A DNA stretch of 39,734 bases from a virus, in the IMG/VR virus record IMGVR_UViG_3300045988_020504, positions 1 to 39,734 of that record. One strand, given 5' to 3'. The notes below the pieces were generated by a model. The model did not search any database and was not told the origin of the DNA. It was given only the letters and a program-made list of their open reading frames with translations. Below, one piece after another: positions 31,817 to 39,734 of the stretch. Made by a program: the position numbers and the translations under genes. Each line of letters opens with the position of its first letter. The first letter of the stretch is position 1.

Positions 31817-33010
31817 GTGCTGACCGCTGACCAGATTGAAGCCCTTGGAGATAAGGCGCAGCAGCTCATTACCCCGGTGACGGAGTTTCTGATTGAGGAT
31901 ATCGCCAGGAGAATTGCGGAAGCTGGCCAATTCACCAGCACGGCGGCTTATCAGACGTGGAGACTTCAACAGCTGGGTGTTTCTCAGCGGCAGTTAAAAA
32001 AGGAGCTTCGGAAGCGGTTGAAAGTATCCCACCGGGAGCTTCGGCGGCTGATAGAACAGGCAGGGGAAACCGGATACAGTTATGACATCCGGAAACACCC
32101 CTATGTACAGGCGGTGCCATTCCGCAGTAATGAGGTCTTACAGCAGATTGTGTCTGCGGCGGCGCAGCTCGCCGATTCTGAGCTGGACAATATCACCCAG
32201 ACGATGGGTGCAGTCATGCCGAATGGCAAGGCTGTGGGGCTTACAGACGCTTACAGGCAGGCTTGCGATTTCGCCTTTACGAAGGTTTCCACAGGTGCGC
32301 AGGATTACGCCTCTGCCATCCGGGAGGCTACCCGGAATCTGGCAGAAAAGGGGATTGTCACAATCGACTATGAATCCGGCGTTCATACCTCCATGGAAGC
32401 CGCTGTCCGGCGTAGCGTTATGGGCGGCTTGGGACTGATGCAGGAGCAGATCAGCCAGCAGAACCACGACGATTTCGGCTGTGACGGCTGGGAGATATCC
32501 GCTCACGCGGCCAGCGCCCCCGACCACGAGCCGATTCAGGGCAGACAGTACAGTGACGCAGAATATGAGAAACTGAATAACTCCCTTGTGCGGCGTATCG
32601 GTACGCTGAACTGCGGCCATGCGGCTTTCCCGATTATTCTGGGTGTTGATTCTCCGCAATACACGCCGGAGGAACTGGACAAATTCAGGAAAAATAACGA
32701 AAAAGGCATTGACTACGACGGGAAGCACTACACCACGTATGAGGCTACCCAGCGTCAGCGACGGCTTGAATCCGCCATCCGGAAGCAGAAACGCAGGATT
32801 CTGGTTGATGAGGCCACAGGGGACAAAGAGAACTTACAGCGCGATCAGATCAAGTACCATGTTTTGGATCAGGAATATAAGCGCTTTTCCGGCGCGGCAG
32901 GGCTGCGGATGCAGCATGAGCGCATGGAAATGCCAGGGTTCGGCGCAAAACAGGCCAGAGAGGCGGAAAAGACGGCAGAAAACTACGAGAAAGGGAGTAA
33001 GCAAGCATGA
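31817..33010 (+). CDS. Minor capsid / head morphogenesis protein (SPP1 gp7 / minor capsid protein 2-like)
   Basis: 397 aa. The N-terminus LTADQIEALGDKAQQLITPVTEFLIEDIARRIAEAG and position directly after the portal support the call. Confidence 0.75.
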   Translation: MLTADQIEALGDKAQQLITPVTEFLIEDIARRIAEAGQFTSTAAYQTWRLQQLGVSQRQLKKELRKRLKVSHRELRRLIEQAGETGYSYDIRKHPYVQAVPFRSNEVLQQIVSAAAQLADSELDNITQTMGAVMPNGKAVGLTDAYRQACDFAFTKVSTGAQDYASAIREATRNLAEKGIVTIDYESGVHTSMEAAVRRSVMGGLGLMQEQISQQNHDDFGCDGWEISAHAASAPDHEPIQGRQYSDAEYEKLNNSLVRRIGTLNCGHAAFPIILGVDSPQYTPEELDKFRKNNEKGIDYDGKHYTTYEATQRQRRLESAIRKQKRRILVDEATGDKENLQRDQIKYHVLDQEYKRFSGAAGLRMQHERMEMPGFGAKQAREAEKTAENYEKGSKQA

Positions 33011-33192
33011 TGTACTGCCCATACGCAGTAAACCGGCATCTGGTTCAGCAGACGACGCAGGAGTACGACGAAAGCGGCAACCAGACTTTACAACAGGTGA
33101 TAGAACACAACACCGCAGAATTCATCGAGTGCAAAAAGGAATCATGCGGCGCGTGGCACGATGGGAAGTGCCACTATAATCAAGTTGATTGA
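33007..33192 (+). CDS. Small Cys-containing protein
   Basis: ATGA overlap; 61 aa. Confidence 0.55.
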   Translation: MMYCPYAVNRHLVQQTTQEYDESGNQTLQQVIEHNTAEFIECKKESCGAWHDGKCHYNQVD

Positions 33193-33229
33193 AGCAACTA
33201 TTCGGGTTTCCCGAACGGTTGCTTTTTTC
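33193..33229 (+). terminator. Strong rho-independent terminator inside the late operon
   Basis: AGCAACTATTCGGG-TTT-CCCGAACGGTTGCT followed by TTTTT. Confidence 0.75.
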
Positions 33230-33318
33230 ATACCATTTTTGCCGTGGCAGGCGTAAAACGAGCCGACAGCAGGGGACGCAACCCCCATATAACAAAGCAT
33301 AGCTGAGAAAGGAAGTAT

Positions 33319-33876
33319 ATGAAACGTGAGTTTTTGCAGAATTTCAAGGTAGGAGACCAGCCCCTTAGCAAGGAGATCATTGACGAGATCATGGCAGAGA
33401 ATGGCCGGGATATCGAAGCGGCTAAGAAGCCTTTTGCTGACTATGACACCATCAAGAGCCAGCTGAGTGAGGCACAAAAGACCATTTCCGGCTTTAAGGA
33501 GCAGGACATCGATACCATCAAGCAGTCCGCCAAGGATTGGGAAAAGAAGTACAACGATGCCATTGCCGAGAGCAACCGGAAGATCGCGGATATGGAATTC
33601 TCCCACGCCCTGGATGCCGCCATCACCGGCGCAAAGGGTAAAAGCACCAAGGCAATCCGGGCGCTGCTGGACATCGACACTTTGAGAAGCAGCAAGAACC
33701 AGGAAACGGACATTAAGGCCGCTCTGGAAGCTCTCCGGAAGGACAGCGGCTATTTGTTCGATGACGGCAAAATGCCGCCCCCCTATGCCGGGAAGACCGG
33801 TACAGGGCAGCAGGAGCCTAACGGCGAACCGACGACCCTCGCCGGTGCGCTCAGGGCAAATTACAACATGAAGTGA
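33319..33876 (+). CDS. Scaffolding protein (Phage_GP20-like)
   Basis: 185 aa, highly charged and helical. It starts MKREFLQNFKVGDQPLSKEIIDEIMAENGRDIE and lies immediately upstream of the capsid gene. Confidence 0.8.
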   Translation: MKREFLQNFKVGDQPLSKEIIDEIMAENGRDIEAAKKPFADYDTIKSQLSEAQKTISGFKEQDIDTIKQSAKDWEKKYNDAIAESNRKIADMEFSHALDAAITGAKGKSTKAIRALLDIDTLRSSKNQETDIKAALEALRKDSGYLFDDGKMPPPYAGKTGTGQQEPNGEPTTLAGALRANYNMK

Positions 33877-33893
33877 AAGGATGATTTTTAACT

Positions 33894-34889
33894 ATGGCAA
33901 TTACTCTTGCAGAAGCAAAGGTCGGCATGGCCGACAAGGTCGATCAGCAGGTGGTCGACGAGTTCCGGCGCAGTTCTCTGTTGCTGGACAGACTGGTGTT
34001 TGATAACGCCATTTCCCCCGGTACCGGCGGTTCTACTCTGACCTACGGTTACATTCAGCTGAAAACCCCCTCCACTGCGGCTGTCCGTGCTATCAACAGC
34101 GAATACACCGCAGGCGAGGCGAAGCGGGAGGAAAAGACCGCCAAGGCCGTTATCATGGGCGGTTCCTTCCAGGTTGACCGTGTGATTCAGAGCACCTCCG
34201 GAGCCATTGATGAGCTGGCATTCCAGGCGCAGCAGAAGATCAAGGCAACCAGCAACTATTTCCACAATCTGGTGATCAACGGCACCTCCGCCGCGTCCGG
34301 CACCGGGTATGTCGCGAACACCTTCGACGGCCTGAGAAAGACTCTGGCGGGCACCTCCAACGAATTCACTACGGACATTGACCTGTCCGATTCCACCAAG
34401 CTGGACAGCAACGCCAATGCTTTCGTTGACCAGCTGGATCAGCTGACCCACATGGTGGACGGCGGCGCTTCTCTGCTGCTGATGAACACCGCCATGCTGC
34501 TGAAAGTTCGGGCGGCTGCCCGCCGTGCGGGGTATTACGACCGCAAGAAGGACGACTTCGGCAGGGCTGTGGAGTACTTCGGCGATATCCCCATCATGGA
34601 CGCCGGTATGTACTACAACGGCACCAAGTCCGTGGATGTCATCGACACCTCCACCCCCAGCACCACCGCCGCCGGTACTTCCAGCATCTACGCTGTGAAT
34701 ATCGCCCTGGACGGTTTCCACGGCATTTCCCCCACCGGAACCGGCGTCATCAACAGCTATATGCCCGACCTGAAAGCCCCCGGCGCTGTGAAGAAGGGCG
34801 AAGTGGAGCTGGTGGCCGGCGTCGTTCTTAAGAACACGCTCAAGGCGGCGGCGCTGAACGGCATTATCCTGAAGCCCAAGACCGCGTAA
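33894..34889 (+). CDS. Major capsid protein
   Basis: 331 aa. Position after the scaffold gene, absence of Cys and a composition typical of HK97-fold coat proteins support the call. Confidence 0.85.
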   Translation: MAITLAEAKVGMADKVDQQVVDEFRRSSLLLDRLVFDNAISPGTGGSTLTYGYIQLKTPSTAAVRAINSEYTAGEAKREEKTAKAVIMGGSFQVDRVIQSTSGAIDELAFQAQQKIKATSNYFHNLVINGTSAASGTGYVANTFDGLRKTLAGTSNEFTTDIDLSDSTKLDSNANAFVDQLDQLTHMVDGGASLLLMNTAMLLKVRAAARRAGYYDRKKDDFGRAVEYFGDIPIMDAGMYYNGTKSVDVIDTSTPSTTAAGTSSIYAVNIALDGFHGISPTGTGVINSYMPDLKAPGAVKKGEVELVAGVVLKNTLKAAALNGIILKPKTA

Positions 34890-34907
34890 CGGAAAGGAGA
34901 CGCCCTG

Positions 34908-35261
34908 ATGATTGACTATGATTTTTACATAAGCAGCTTTCGGGGCGACGCTATCCCCGCAGAGGACTGGAACACGTGTGAAGCCCGTGCGGCGGCGCAA
35001 CTGGCAAGATACAAGCGCATATACACGGTAAAGGCACCGGAGGAGAACTCCGAAGCCCTTGCCGTGTGCGCCATGGCAGAGGCTATTCACGGCTTTGATC
35101 TGATTACCAACGGTGAGGGCGGCGCTGTTCAGTCTGCGTCTATCGGCTCCGTTTCGGTGAGCTATGGTAGCGGGAACGGTGTTGATGTCAGCGCCAAAGG
35201 GCAGTCGCGGGAGCTGTACCGATGCGCCTGCCTGTATCTCGATATCTACCGGGGGTGCTAG
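34908..35261 (+). CDS. Head-tail connector/adaptor-like protein
   Basis: 117 aa. The call is positional. Confidence 0.55.
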   Translation: MIDYDFYISSFRGDAIPAEDWNTCEARAAAQLARYKRIYTVKAPEENSEALAVCAMAEAIHGFDLITNGEGGAVQSASIGSVSVSYGSGNGVDVSAKGQSRELYRCACLYLDIYRGC

Positions 35262-35263
35262 CT

Positions 35264-35632
35264 ATGGTGAGAATCAAGCGCCGCAGCTGCCCCGTAGACT
35301 ACCGGCTGTGCAATCAGACGGTCACCGTATACCACCGGGGCGGCGACAAAGTAACCAGAACAGTACACGATAGAGCCTTTTTGGATTACAAGAAAACCGA
35401 GAATGTGGACAAGACCGGCAGTAAGGAAGTCAATTCCTTCCTGCTGGTCATTCCCTGTTCGGAGGTATGCGTTTATCCGGAGGACAAGGTGCTGCTGGGT
35501 ACCGGGGAGGAAATCACGGCGGCGCAGTGGCCGTCCTTCATCCCGGTGAAGGTTCCCGGGCTGGTTGTTGTGAAGTACGTTGACCCCAAATACTGGGGCG
35601 GCAAGCTGGTTCACGTGGAGGCGGGCGGATGA
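35264..35632 (+). CDS. Head closure / neck protein
   Basis: ATG lies 2 nt after the previous stop; 122 aa. The call is positional. Confidence 0.55.
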   Translation: MVRIKRRSCPVDYRLCNQTVTVYHRGGDKVTRTVHDRAFLDYKKTENVDKTGSKEVNSFLLVIPCSEVCVYPEDKVLLGTGEEITAAQWPSFIPVKVPGLVVVKYVDPKYWGGKLVHVEAGG

Positions 35633-36084
35633 AAACACGGATAAAGGTTGATATGAAGCCTGTTGACGCCATCCTGACAAGGCTTGGCGTCAATAAAACC
35701 GGCGATGTGCAGATGCAGCTTACCCGGATAGTGAACAAGCGGATAACGCGGTACATGCCGTTCCGAACCGGCGTGCTTTCCACGAAGCTTAAGTATATCT
35801 CAAGCCCGACAGAGATCACGGTTATGGCACCATACGCCCGGTATCAGTATTACGGCAAAGTCATGGTAAATGCCAAAACCGGGAAAGGCCCCGCTTTCAT
35901 TCCGGGAGTTGGATACCGGTACAGAAAAGGAACCGTGCTGAGAGCAACCGATCGGGATTTGAACTATGACACCACCAAGAACCAGCAGGCGGGGCCGTTC
36001 TGGGACAGACGCATGATGGCGGCAGAGAAAGACCAAATTGCGCACGACCTACAGGCTTATATCAACAGGAGGAGCGGAATATGA
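35629..36084 (+). CDS. Neck / minor capsid protein (HK97 gp10-like)
   Basis: ATGA overlap; 151 aa with RITRYMPFRTGVL...YARYQYYG motifs. Confidence 0.6.
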   Translation: MKTRIKVDMKPVDAILTRLGVNKTGDVQMQLTRIVNKRITRYMPFRTGVLSTKLKYISSPTEITVMAPYARYQYYGKVMVNAKTGKGPAFIPGVGYRYRKGTVLRATDRDLNYDTTKNQQAGPFWDRRMMAAEKDQIAHDLQAYINRRSGI

Positions 36085-36521
36085 CGGCGCTGGAAAAAAT
36101 CAAGGACTTTCTCGGGCAGTACCCCGGCGCGGATATCTTCCACGATTTCCATGTTGACTACACAGACCAGATTCCATTCAACGGCGGTGTTTTCCCCTCC
36201 GGGCTTGTGGAGGTTTCCAGAACACGGGATATCCTTGGGAGCACAACCGTAATCAATCAGTACAATTTCGGGCTGTACTACGTGTTCGAGAAGTCCCCGG
36301 GGGATGATACCGGAGCGTCCGAAAATGCGGGCTGGGTCATGGACTTTCAGGAGTGGGTGCAGAAAATGTCCGTTATGGGCAACGCCCCCACCTTTGGGGA
36401 TGACCCGAGGGCGGAGAAAATCACCGCGCAGAACGGCGTTCTGTACGGTGCAGACGAAGAAGGAACGGCAATGTACATGGTACAGCTGTCCGTTCAATTC
36501 AAAAAACGATTTATGAGGTGA
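36081..36521 (+). CDS. Tail completion / tail terminator-like protein
   Basis: ATGA overlap; 146 aa. The call is positional. Confidence 0.5.
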   Translation: MTALEKIKDFLGQYPGADIFHDFHVDYTDQIPFNGGVFPSGLVEVSRTRDILGSTTVINQYNFGLYYVFEKSPGDDTGASENAGWVMDFQEWVQKMSVMGNAPTFGDDPRAEKITAQNGVLYGADEEGTAMYMVQLSVQFKKRFMR

Positions 36522-36525
36522 AATA

Positions 36526-37050
36526 ATGGCAGATTTAGAGTTTAATACCGCATCCGGCCAGACCGTAGACCGTGAGCTGCTGATCGCGTACCTGAACACC
36601 GGAACAACCTCTGCTCCTGTGTGGTCGCCGCTTGGTAGCCGCGTCACGGATTCCAGCATGGAATACGACTGGCAGGAGGAATCCAACAAGGATATCCTCG
36701 GCACGACCAGAAGCACGATGAAAAAGCCCATCATCACGCAGACCTTTGACCCGTGCGATCTGGACGCCGGAGACGCTGCGGTTCTGAAAATTTGGAACCT
36801 GGCTGTCAAGGAGCAGAACGTGGCAGCACTGACCAATCAGGATATGCTGATTGTGCATCTGTACGCCGGTACTAAGGACACGGCGGCCTTTGCAGAGCGC
36901 TACAGCGCCTGTATGGTCAAGCCGTCCAGCCTTGGCGGCGAGGGCGGCGGCTTTGTTGGAATGCCGATGGACATTACATATGGCGGCGCACGCACGGTAG
37001 GTACTGCGGCGGTAAGCGCCGGAACCGTTACGTTCACGGCTGATACCTGA
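36526..37050 (+). CDS. Major tail protein
   Basis: 174 aa. It lies before the chaperone pair and has a GC hairpin downstream. Confidence 0.75.
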   Translation: MADLEFNTASGQTVDRELLIAYLNTGTTSAPVWSPLGSRVTDSSMEYDWQEESNKDILGTTRSTMKKPIITQTFDPCDLDAGDAAVLKIWNLAVKEQNVAALTNQDMLIVHLYAGTKDTAAFAERYSACMVKPSSLGGEGGGFVGMPMDITYGGARTVGTAAVSAGTVTFTADT

Positions 37051-37058
37051 TGCAAATA

Positions 37059-37080
37059 CGGGGCGGTGAGAGCCGCCCCG
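37059..37080 (+). terminator. GC hairpin after the major tail gene (attenuator-like)
   Basis: CGGGGCGG-TGAGAG-CCGCCCCG followed by AAATCTTT. Confidence 0.4.
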
Positions 37081-37097
37081 AAATCTTTGGAGGGATT

Positions 37098-37508
37098 ATG
37101 AAAGAACTGACACTGAATACTGGCGAAATCGAGTATAGGCTTAACGATAAATGCACGGTTCGGTTTAACCCTACAGACCCCGCATTTGCCGACCGAATTT
37201 ATTCGGCGCTCGACGAGCTGTCCCGGAAGCAGGAAAGCAAGAACCCGGACAACATGAGTACAAGAGAAACGTTTGACTACCTCCGGAAGCTGGACGCAGA
37301 GATGCGGGAGACGATTGACGGTTGCTTCGATACCCCTGTATGCGAGCCGTTGTTCGGCAAAATGAGCGTGTATGCAAGCGCGGATGGGATGCCCCTGTGG
37401 ATGAATTTAATGCTTGCCATTATCGACGAGTTCGATGATGGAATAAAGCGGGAAAAGGCGTTCCACAGCGAAAAACTGGCGAAATATACAAAGAAGTACA
37501 GCCGATGA
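37098..37508 (+). CDS. Tail assembly chaperone
   Basis: GGAGGG RBS; 136 aa and acidic. It lies between the major tail and tape measure genes. Confidence 0.65.
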   Translation: MKELTLNTGEIEYRLNDKCTVRFNPTDPAFADRIYSALDELSRKQESKNPDNMSTRETFDYLRKLDAEMRETIDGCFDTPVCEPLFGKMSVYASADGMPLWMNLMLAIIDEFDDGIKREKAFHSEKLAKYTKKYSR

Positions 37509-38050
37509 TGTACGAACTTCCGACATCTGTCAACGTATGCGGAACAGATTATGATATTGAGACGGATTTTCGGGCGATTCTGGATATATTCGGCGTTCTG
37601 GAAGACCCGGATTTGACAGGCAATGAAAAGGGAATCGGGATGCTTGGAATCTTCTACAAAAGATTTTTTGATATGCCCGCAGAGCATTTCGGCGAGGCTG
37701 TTCAAAAATGCTACTGGTTTATCAATGGCGGCAACGACAAAGTCTGCAAAAACGCCACAAAGTTGATGGACTGGGAGAAGGACTTTCCGATTCTGATTGC
37801 CCCGGTAAACCGCATTGCCGGGACGGAAGTCCGCTCAATGCCGTATTTGCACTGGTGGACATTTCTTTCATATTACATGGAAATCGGGGATTGCTTCTTT
37901 GCGCAGATCGTGCGGATACGGGATTTGAAGGCCAAAGGAAAACTGAAAGACAAAGCGGATAAGGACTTCTACCGGCGAAACAGGGACGCTGTGGATATAA
38001 AGACGCAGTATTCCGAAACGGAGAACGAAATTATAAAGGCGTGGACGTGA
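37505..38050 (+). CDS. Gp15-family tail assembly protein
   Basis: ATGA overlap. LPTSVNVCGTDYDIETDFRAILDIFGVLEDPDL matches the Phage_Gp15 pattern. Confidence 0.7.
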   Translation: MMYELPTSVNVCGTDYDIETDFRAILDIFGVLEDPDLTGNEKGIGMLGIFYKRFFDMPAEHFGEAVQKCYWFINGGNDKVCKNATKLMDWEKDFPILIAPVNRIAGTEVRSMPYLHWWTFLSYYMEIGDCFFAQIVRIRDLKAKGKLKDKADKDFYRRNRDAVDIKTQYSETENEIIKAWT

Positions 38051-38846
38051 AAACGCCCGCAATTTCAGCCATTTCTTTCACGTCGTCACGGTTCCAGAGA
38101 AGAACACCGGTTGCGTCTGCTGCTTGCTTTGCGCCTTCCGTAAAATAGCGATTTGTCATTACAGCACCAACGTGACAATGGTAGATTGTTTTCCCGGTGT
38201 TAACCTCCTGCACTGGCTTATTCCCTAGATCTGTTGCGTAGCACTTACACTGTATCGCATACTTTATGCCGGCTTTTTTCGCGAGTATATCAACGCCCTG
38301 ATCGCCGCTACCCTGGGTGACCTCGACATCAATAAACCCGTTTTTCCTCAAAATATCGGCACACCAGAATTCAAAAGCGCGTCCTTCCATGCAATCTATG
38401 GCAGACATTCCCATTTTTTGCACCGGGCGGGCAATCGCACCATGCTGATTGCGGATAACCTTCCACGTAAAATCGGGATACTTTTTAACAAATCCAAGTT
38501 CTTCTAACTCATTTGCTAAGTCAGACGCCACGTTAAAACTCCGTATTTCAAGCTTCCTTTGAAGCATGGAGATTGAAAAAGGTTCGAGATTCGGTAATAG
38601 CTGTATTGCATCACGAACCATTTGCGGGGTAACCTTTCTGGCAAAGTAATACCTCTTAGAAAGATACTTTACACTTAGAATTCCGCAAACTATTGGAACA
38701 ACGAGGATAGTTATTGTATACCCAGCGCCAACAGTGATTTTTCCGTTTTCGTTCGCAGGCAAAATAGCCGTGGCAAGAGACAGAATAAGAAGAGCGGACA
38801 AGAACCACGCTACGGAAAAAATGAATACTGTTTTCAGTTTTTTCAT
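38031..38846 (-). CDS. Membrane-anchored nuclease: two N-terminal TM helices, an FtsK-gamma-like winged helix and an Mrr-cat (PD-(D/E)xK restriction endonuclease) domain
   Basis: 271 aa. The hydrophobic segments are VFIFSVAWFLSALLILSLATAIL and ITILVVPIVCGILSV. SISMLQRKLEIRSFNVASDLANELEELGFV resembles FtsK gamma. FEFWCADILRKNGF...GSGDQGVDILAKK...YAIQCKCY...VGAVMTNRYFTEGA is an Mrr_cat core with D...QxK. It is the only reverse-strand gene in the structural module and is visibly AT-richer. Confidence 0.8.
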   Translation of the reverse strand: MKKLKTVFIFSVAWFLSALLILSLATAILPANENGKITVGAGYTITILVVPIVCGILSVKYLSKRYYFARKVTPQMVRDAIQLLPNLEPFSISMLQRKLEIRSFNVASDLANELEELGFVKKYPDFTWKVIRNQHGAIARPVQKMGMSAIDCMEGRAFEFWCADILRKNGFIDVEVTQGSGDQGVDILAKKAGIKYAIQCKCYATDLGNKPVQEVNTGKTIYHCHVGAVMTNRYFTEGAKQAADATGVLLWNRDDVKEMAEIAGVFTSTPL

Positions 38847-38923
38847 AAGGAAATCCCCCAGTGCATTATTTTATCATTTAATTTCAACAGTTCCTATAGC
38901 GCATTAAAAGAGCAGGTGATTAT

Positions 38924-39734
38924 ATGGCAAATGCTGACGGTTCGATCATTTTCAGCACGGAGATCGACAACAAAAAAGCACAAGCTGAACTTGATAAACT
39001 GGAAAAGAAAATAGCTTCTCTGGAAATCAAAGCAAGCCAAACCGGGGCAAAGAAAATACCACTAGAGGAGCAAGCCGATGCTTTGGGCGTGGCACTGGAT
39101 GACGCAAAGCAGAAGCTCGAAGCGTTAAAAGCCAGTGGCGCATCTCCCGGTGCGATAGGGGCGCAATCGGAAACGGTTACTTCGCTACAGTACCAGTGGG
39201 ATCAGGTTAACAACAAGATTGACAGATATAACCGCGAAATTGAAAAGGCCAACGGTGATATCGATGTCTCCAAGAGCAGGGCGGGAGAACTCGCCGCGCA
39301 ACTCGCTTCGGCTGGACGCAGTACCGAGAAAATGAGCGCTGGTGTCAAAAAGGCGGAAAAAAGCGCGAAAACTTTCGCCAGCCGAATGAAATCCGTCGTT
39401 CGCTCTGCGCTTGTGTTTACAGTTATTACGCAGGCGCTTTCAAAGTTTCGGAATTGGGTTGGGGATGTGATCAAGGTCAGTCCGGAAGCAACTGCGGCCA
39501 TTGCAAGGCTCAAGGGTGCTCTGCTTACACTGGTACAACCATTGGTAAATATCATCATACCAGCGTTTACGAAGTTCGTCAACATCCTTGCAGCAATAAT
39601 TAACAAAATCGCAAGCGTGTTTGCAGTGCTGACGGGAAAGACCGTAGAATCGTCGAAAGCGGCAGCAGAGGCATTAAATAAGCAAACATCCGCGCTTAAC
39701 GGAACGGGAGCGGCTGCGAAAGAGGCAAAAAAGC
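38924..39734 (+). CDS. Tape measure protein, N-terminal part (continues through the circular junction into 2..1477; about 722 aa in total)
   Basis: ATG at 38924 follows AGGTGA. The frame stays open to the window end and is not in the supplied ORF track. It translates as MANADGSIIFSTEIDNKKAQAELDKLEKKIASLEIK..., coiled-coil rich and then hydrophobic. The frame matches 2..1477 after subtracting 39615. Confidence 0.85.
   Translation, partial: MANADGSIIFSTEIDNKKAQAELDKLEKKIASLEIKASQTGAKKIPLEEQADALGVALDDAKQKLEALKASGASPGAIGAQSETVTSLQYQWDQVNNKIDRYNREIEKANGDIDVSKSRAGELAAQLASAGRSTEKMSAGVKKAEKSAKTFASRMKSVVRSALVFTVITQALSKFRNWVGDVIKVSPEATAAIARLKGALLTLVQPLVNIIIPAFTKFVNILAAIINKIASVFAVLTGKTVESSKAAAEALNKQTSALNGTGAAAKEAKK
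39616..39734. repeat. Terminal direct repeat, copy 2
   Basis: Identical to 1-119. Confidence 0.95.

Noticed and set aside
33888-35090. 400-aa minus-strand ORF, with similar long antisense ORFs at 3875-4885, 8634-9701, 17542-18666, 1734-2705 and 26002-26838
   Set aside because: These lie fully opposite well-supported + strand genes (capsid, fibre, RecT and others). Their translations are Arg/Gly/Pro/Cys-rich low-complexity sequence without RBSs, as expected for shadow ORFs in moderately GC-rich coding DNA.

Overview
The window is one complete, circularly closed genome of a temperate siphovirus-type phage or excised prophage. Bases 1-119 are identical to 39616-39734, giving a 39,615 bp unit, and the join falls inside the tape-measure gene. 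The Shine-Dalgarno usage, an XhlA plus phiLC3-type holin lysis cassette and roughly 55% GC by eye suggest a Firmicutes/Clostridia host; that is inference. Nearly all genes are on the + strand. The order is: tail tip and fibres (1.5-7.2 kb), lysis (7.2-8.7 kb), a post-lysis accessory (moron) cluster (8.7-10.4 kb), and a minus-strand lysogeny block with a large serine integrase, a membrane-tethered XRE protein and a CI-like repressor (10.4-13.4 kb). Then come an unusually long 640 bp switch region (13.4-14.07 kb), early and recombination/replication genes (YqaJ exonuclease, HNH, RecT, SSB, RusA, DUF4373 replisome organiser with iterons), and methyltransferase/Lar/ASCH plus many small Cys-rich genes (20.5-27.1 kb). 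The late genes follow: a late regulator, Rha, TerS/TerL, portal, head, neck and tail (27.2-38.05 kb). The strongest leads are: (1) perfect 17-bp inverted repeats in the immunity region bracketing a 303 bp promoter-to-terminator cassette antisense to the early leader, next to face-to-face promoters; (2) a low-GC, reverse-oriented gene for a membrane-anchored FtsK-gamma-like/Mrr-type nuclease inserted between the tail chaperones and the tape-measure gene; (3) a membrane-tethered XRE protein translationally coupled to the serine integrase; (4) a tail-fibre gene whose conserved N-terminus lies upstream of any canonical start and in frame with the preceding small ORF across one TGA; (5) a Dam-like methyltransferase broken twice at 7-nt homopolymers; (6) a lambda-pR'/tR'-like promoter-terminator module followed by a tRNA-like three-way-junction element ahead of the packaging genes. 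All functional calls rest on motif recognition by eye; no database search was run.
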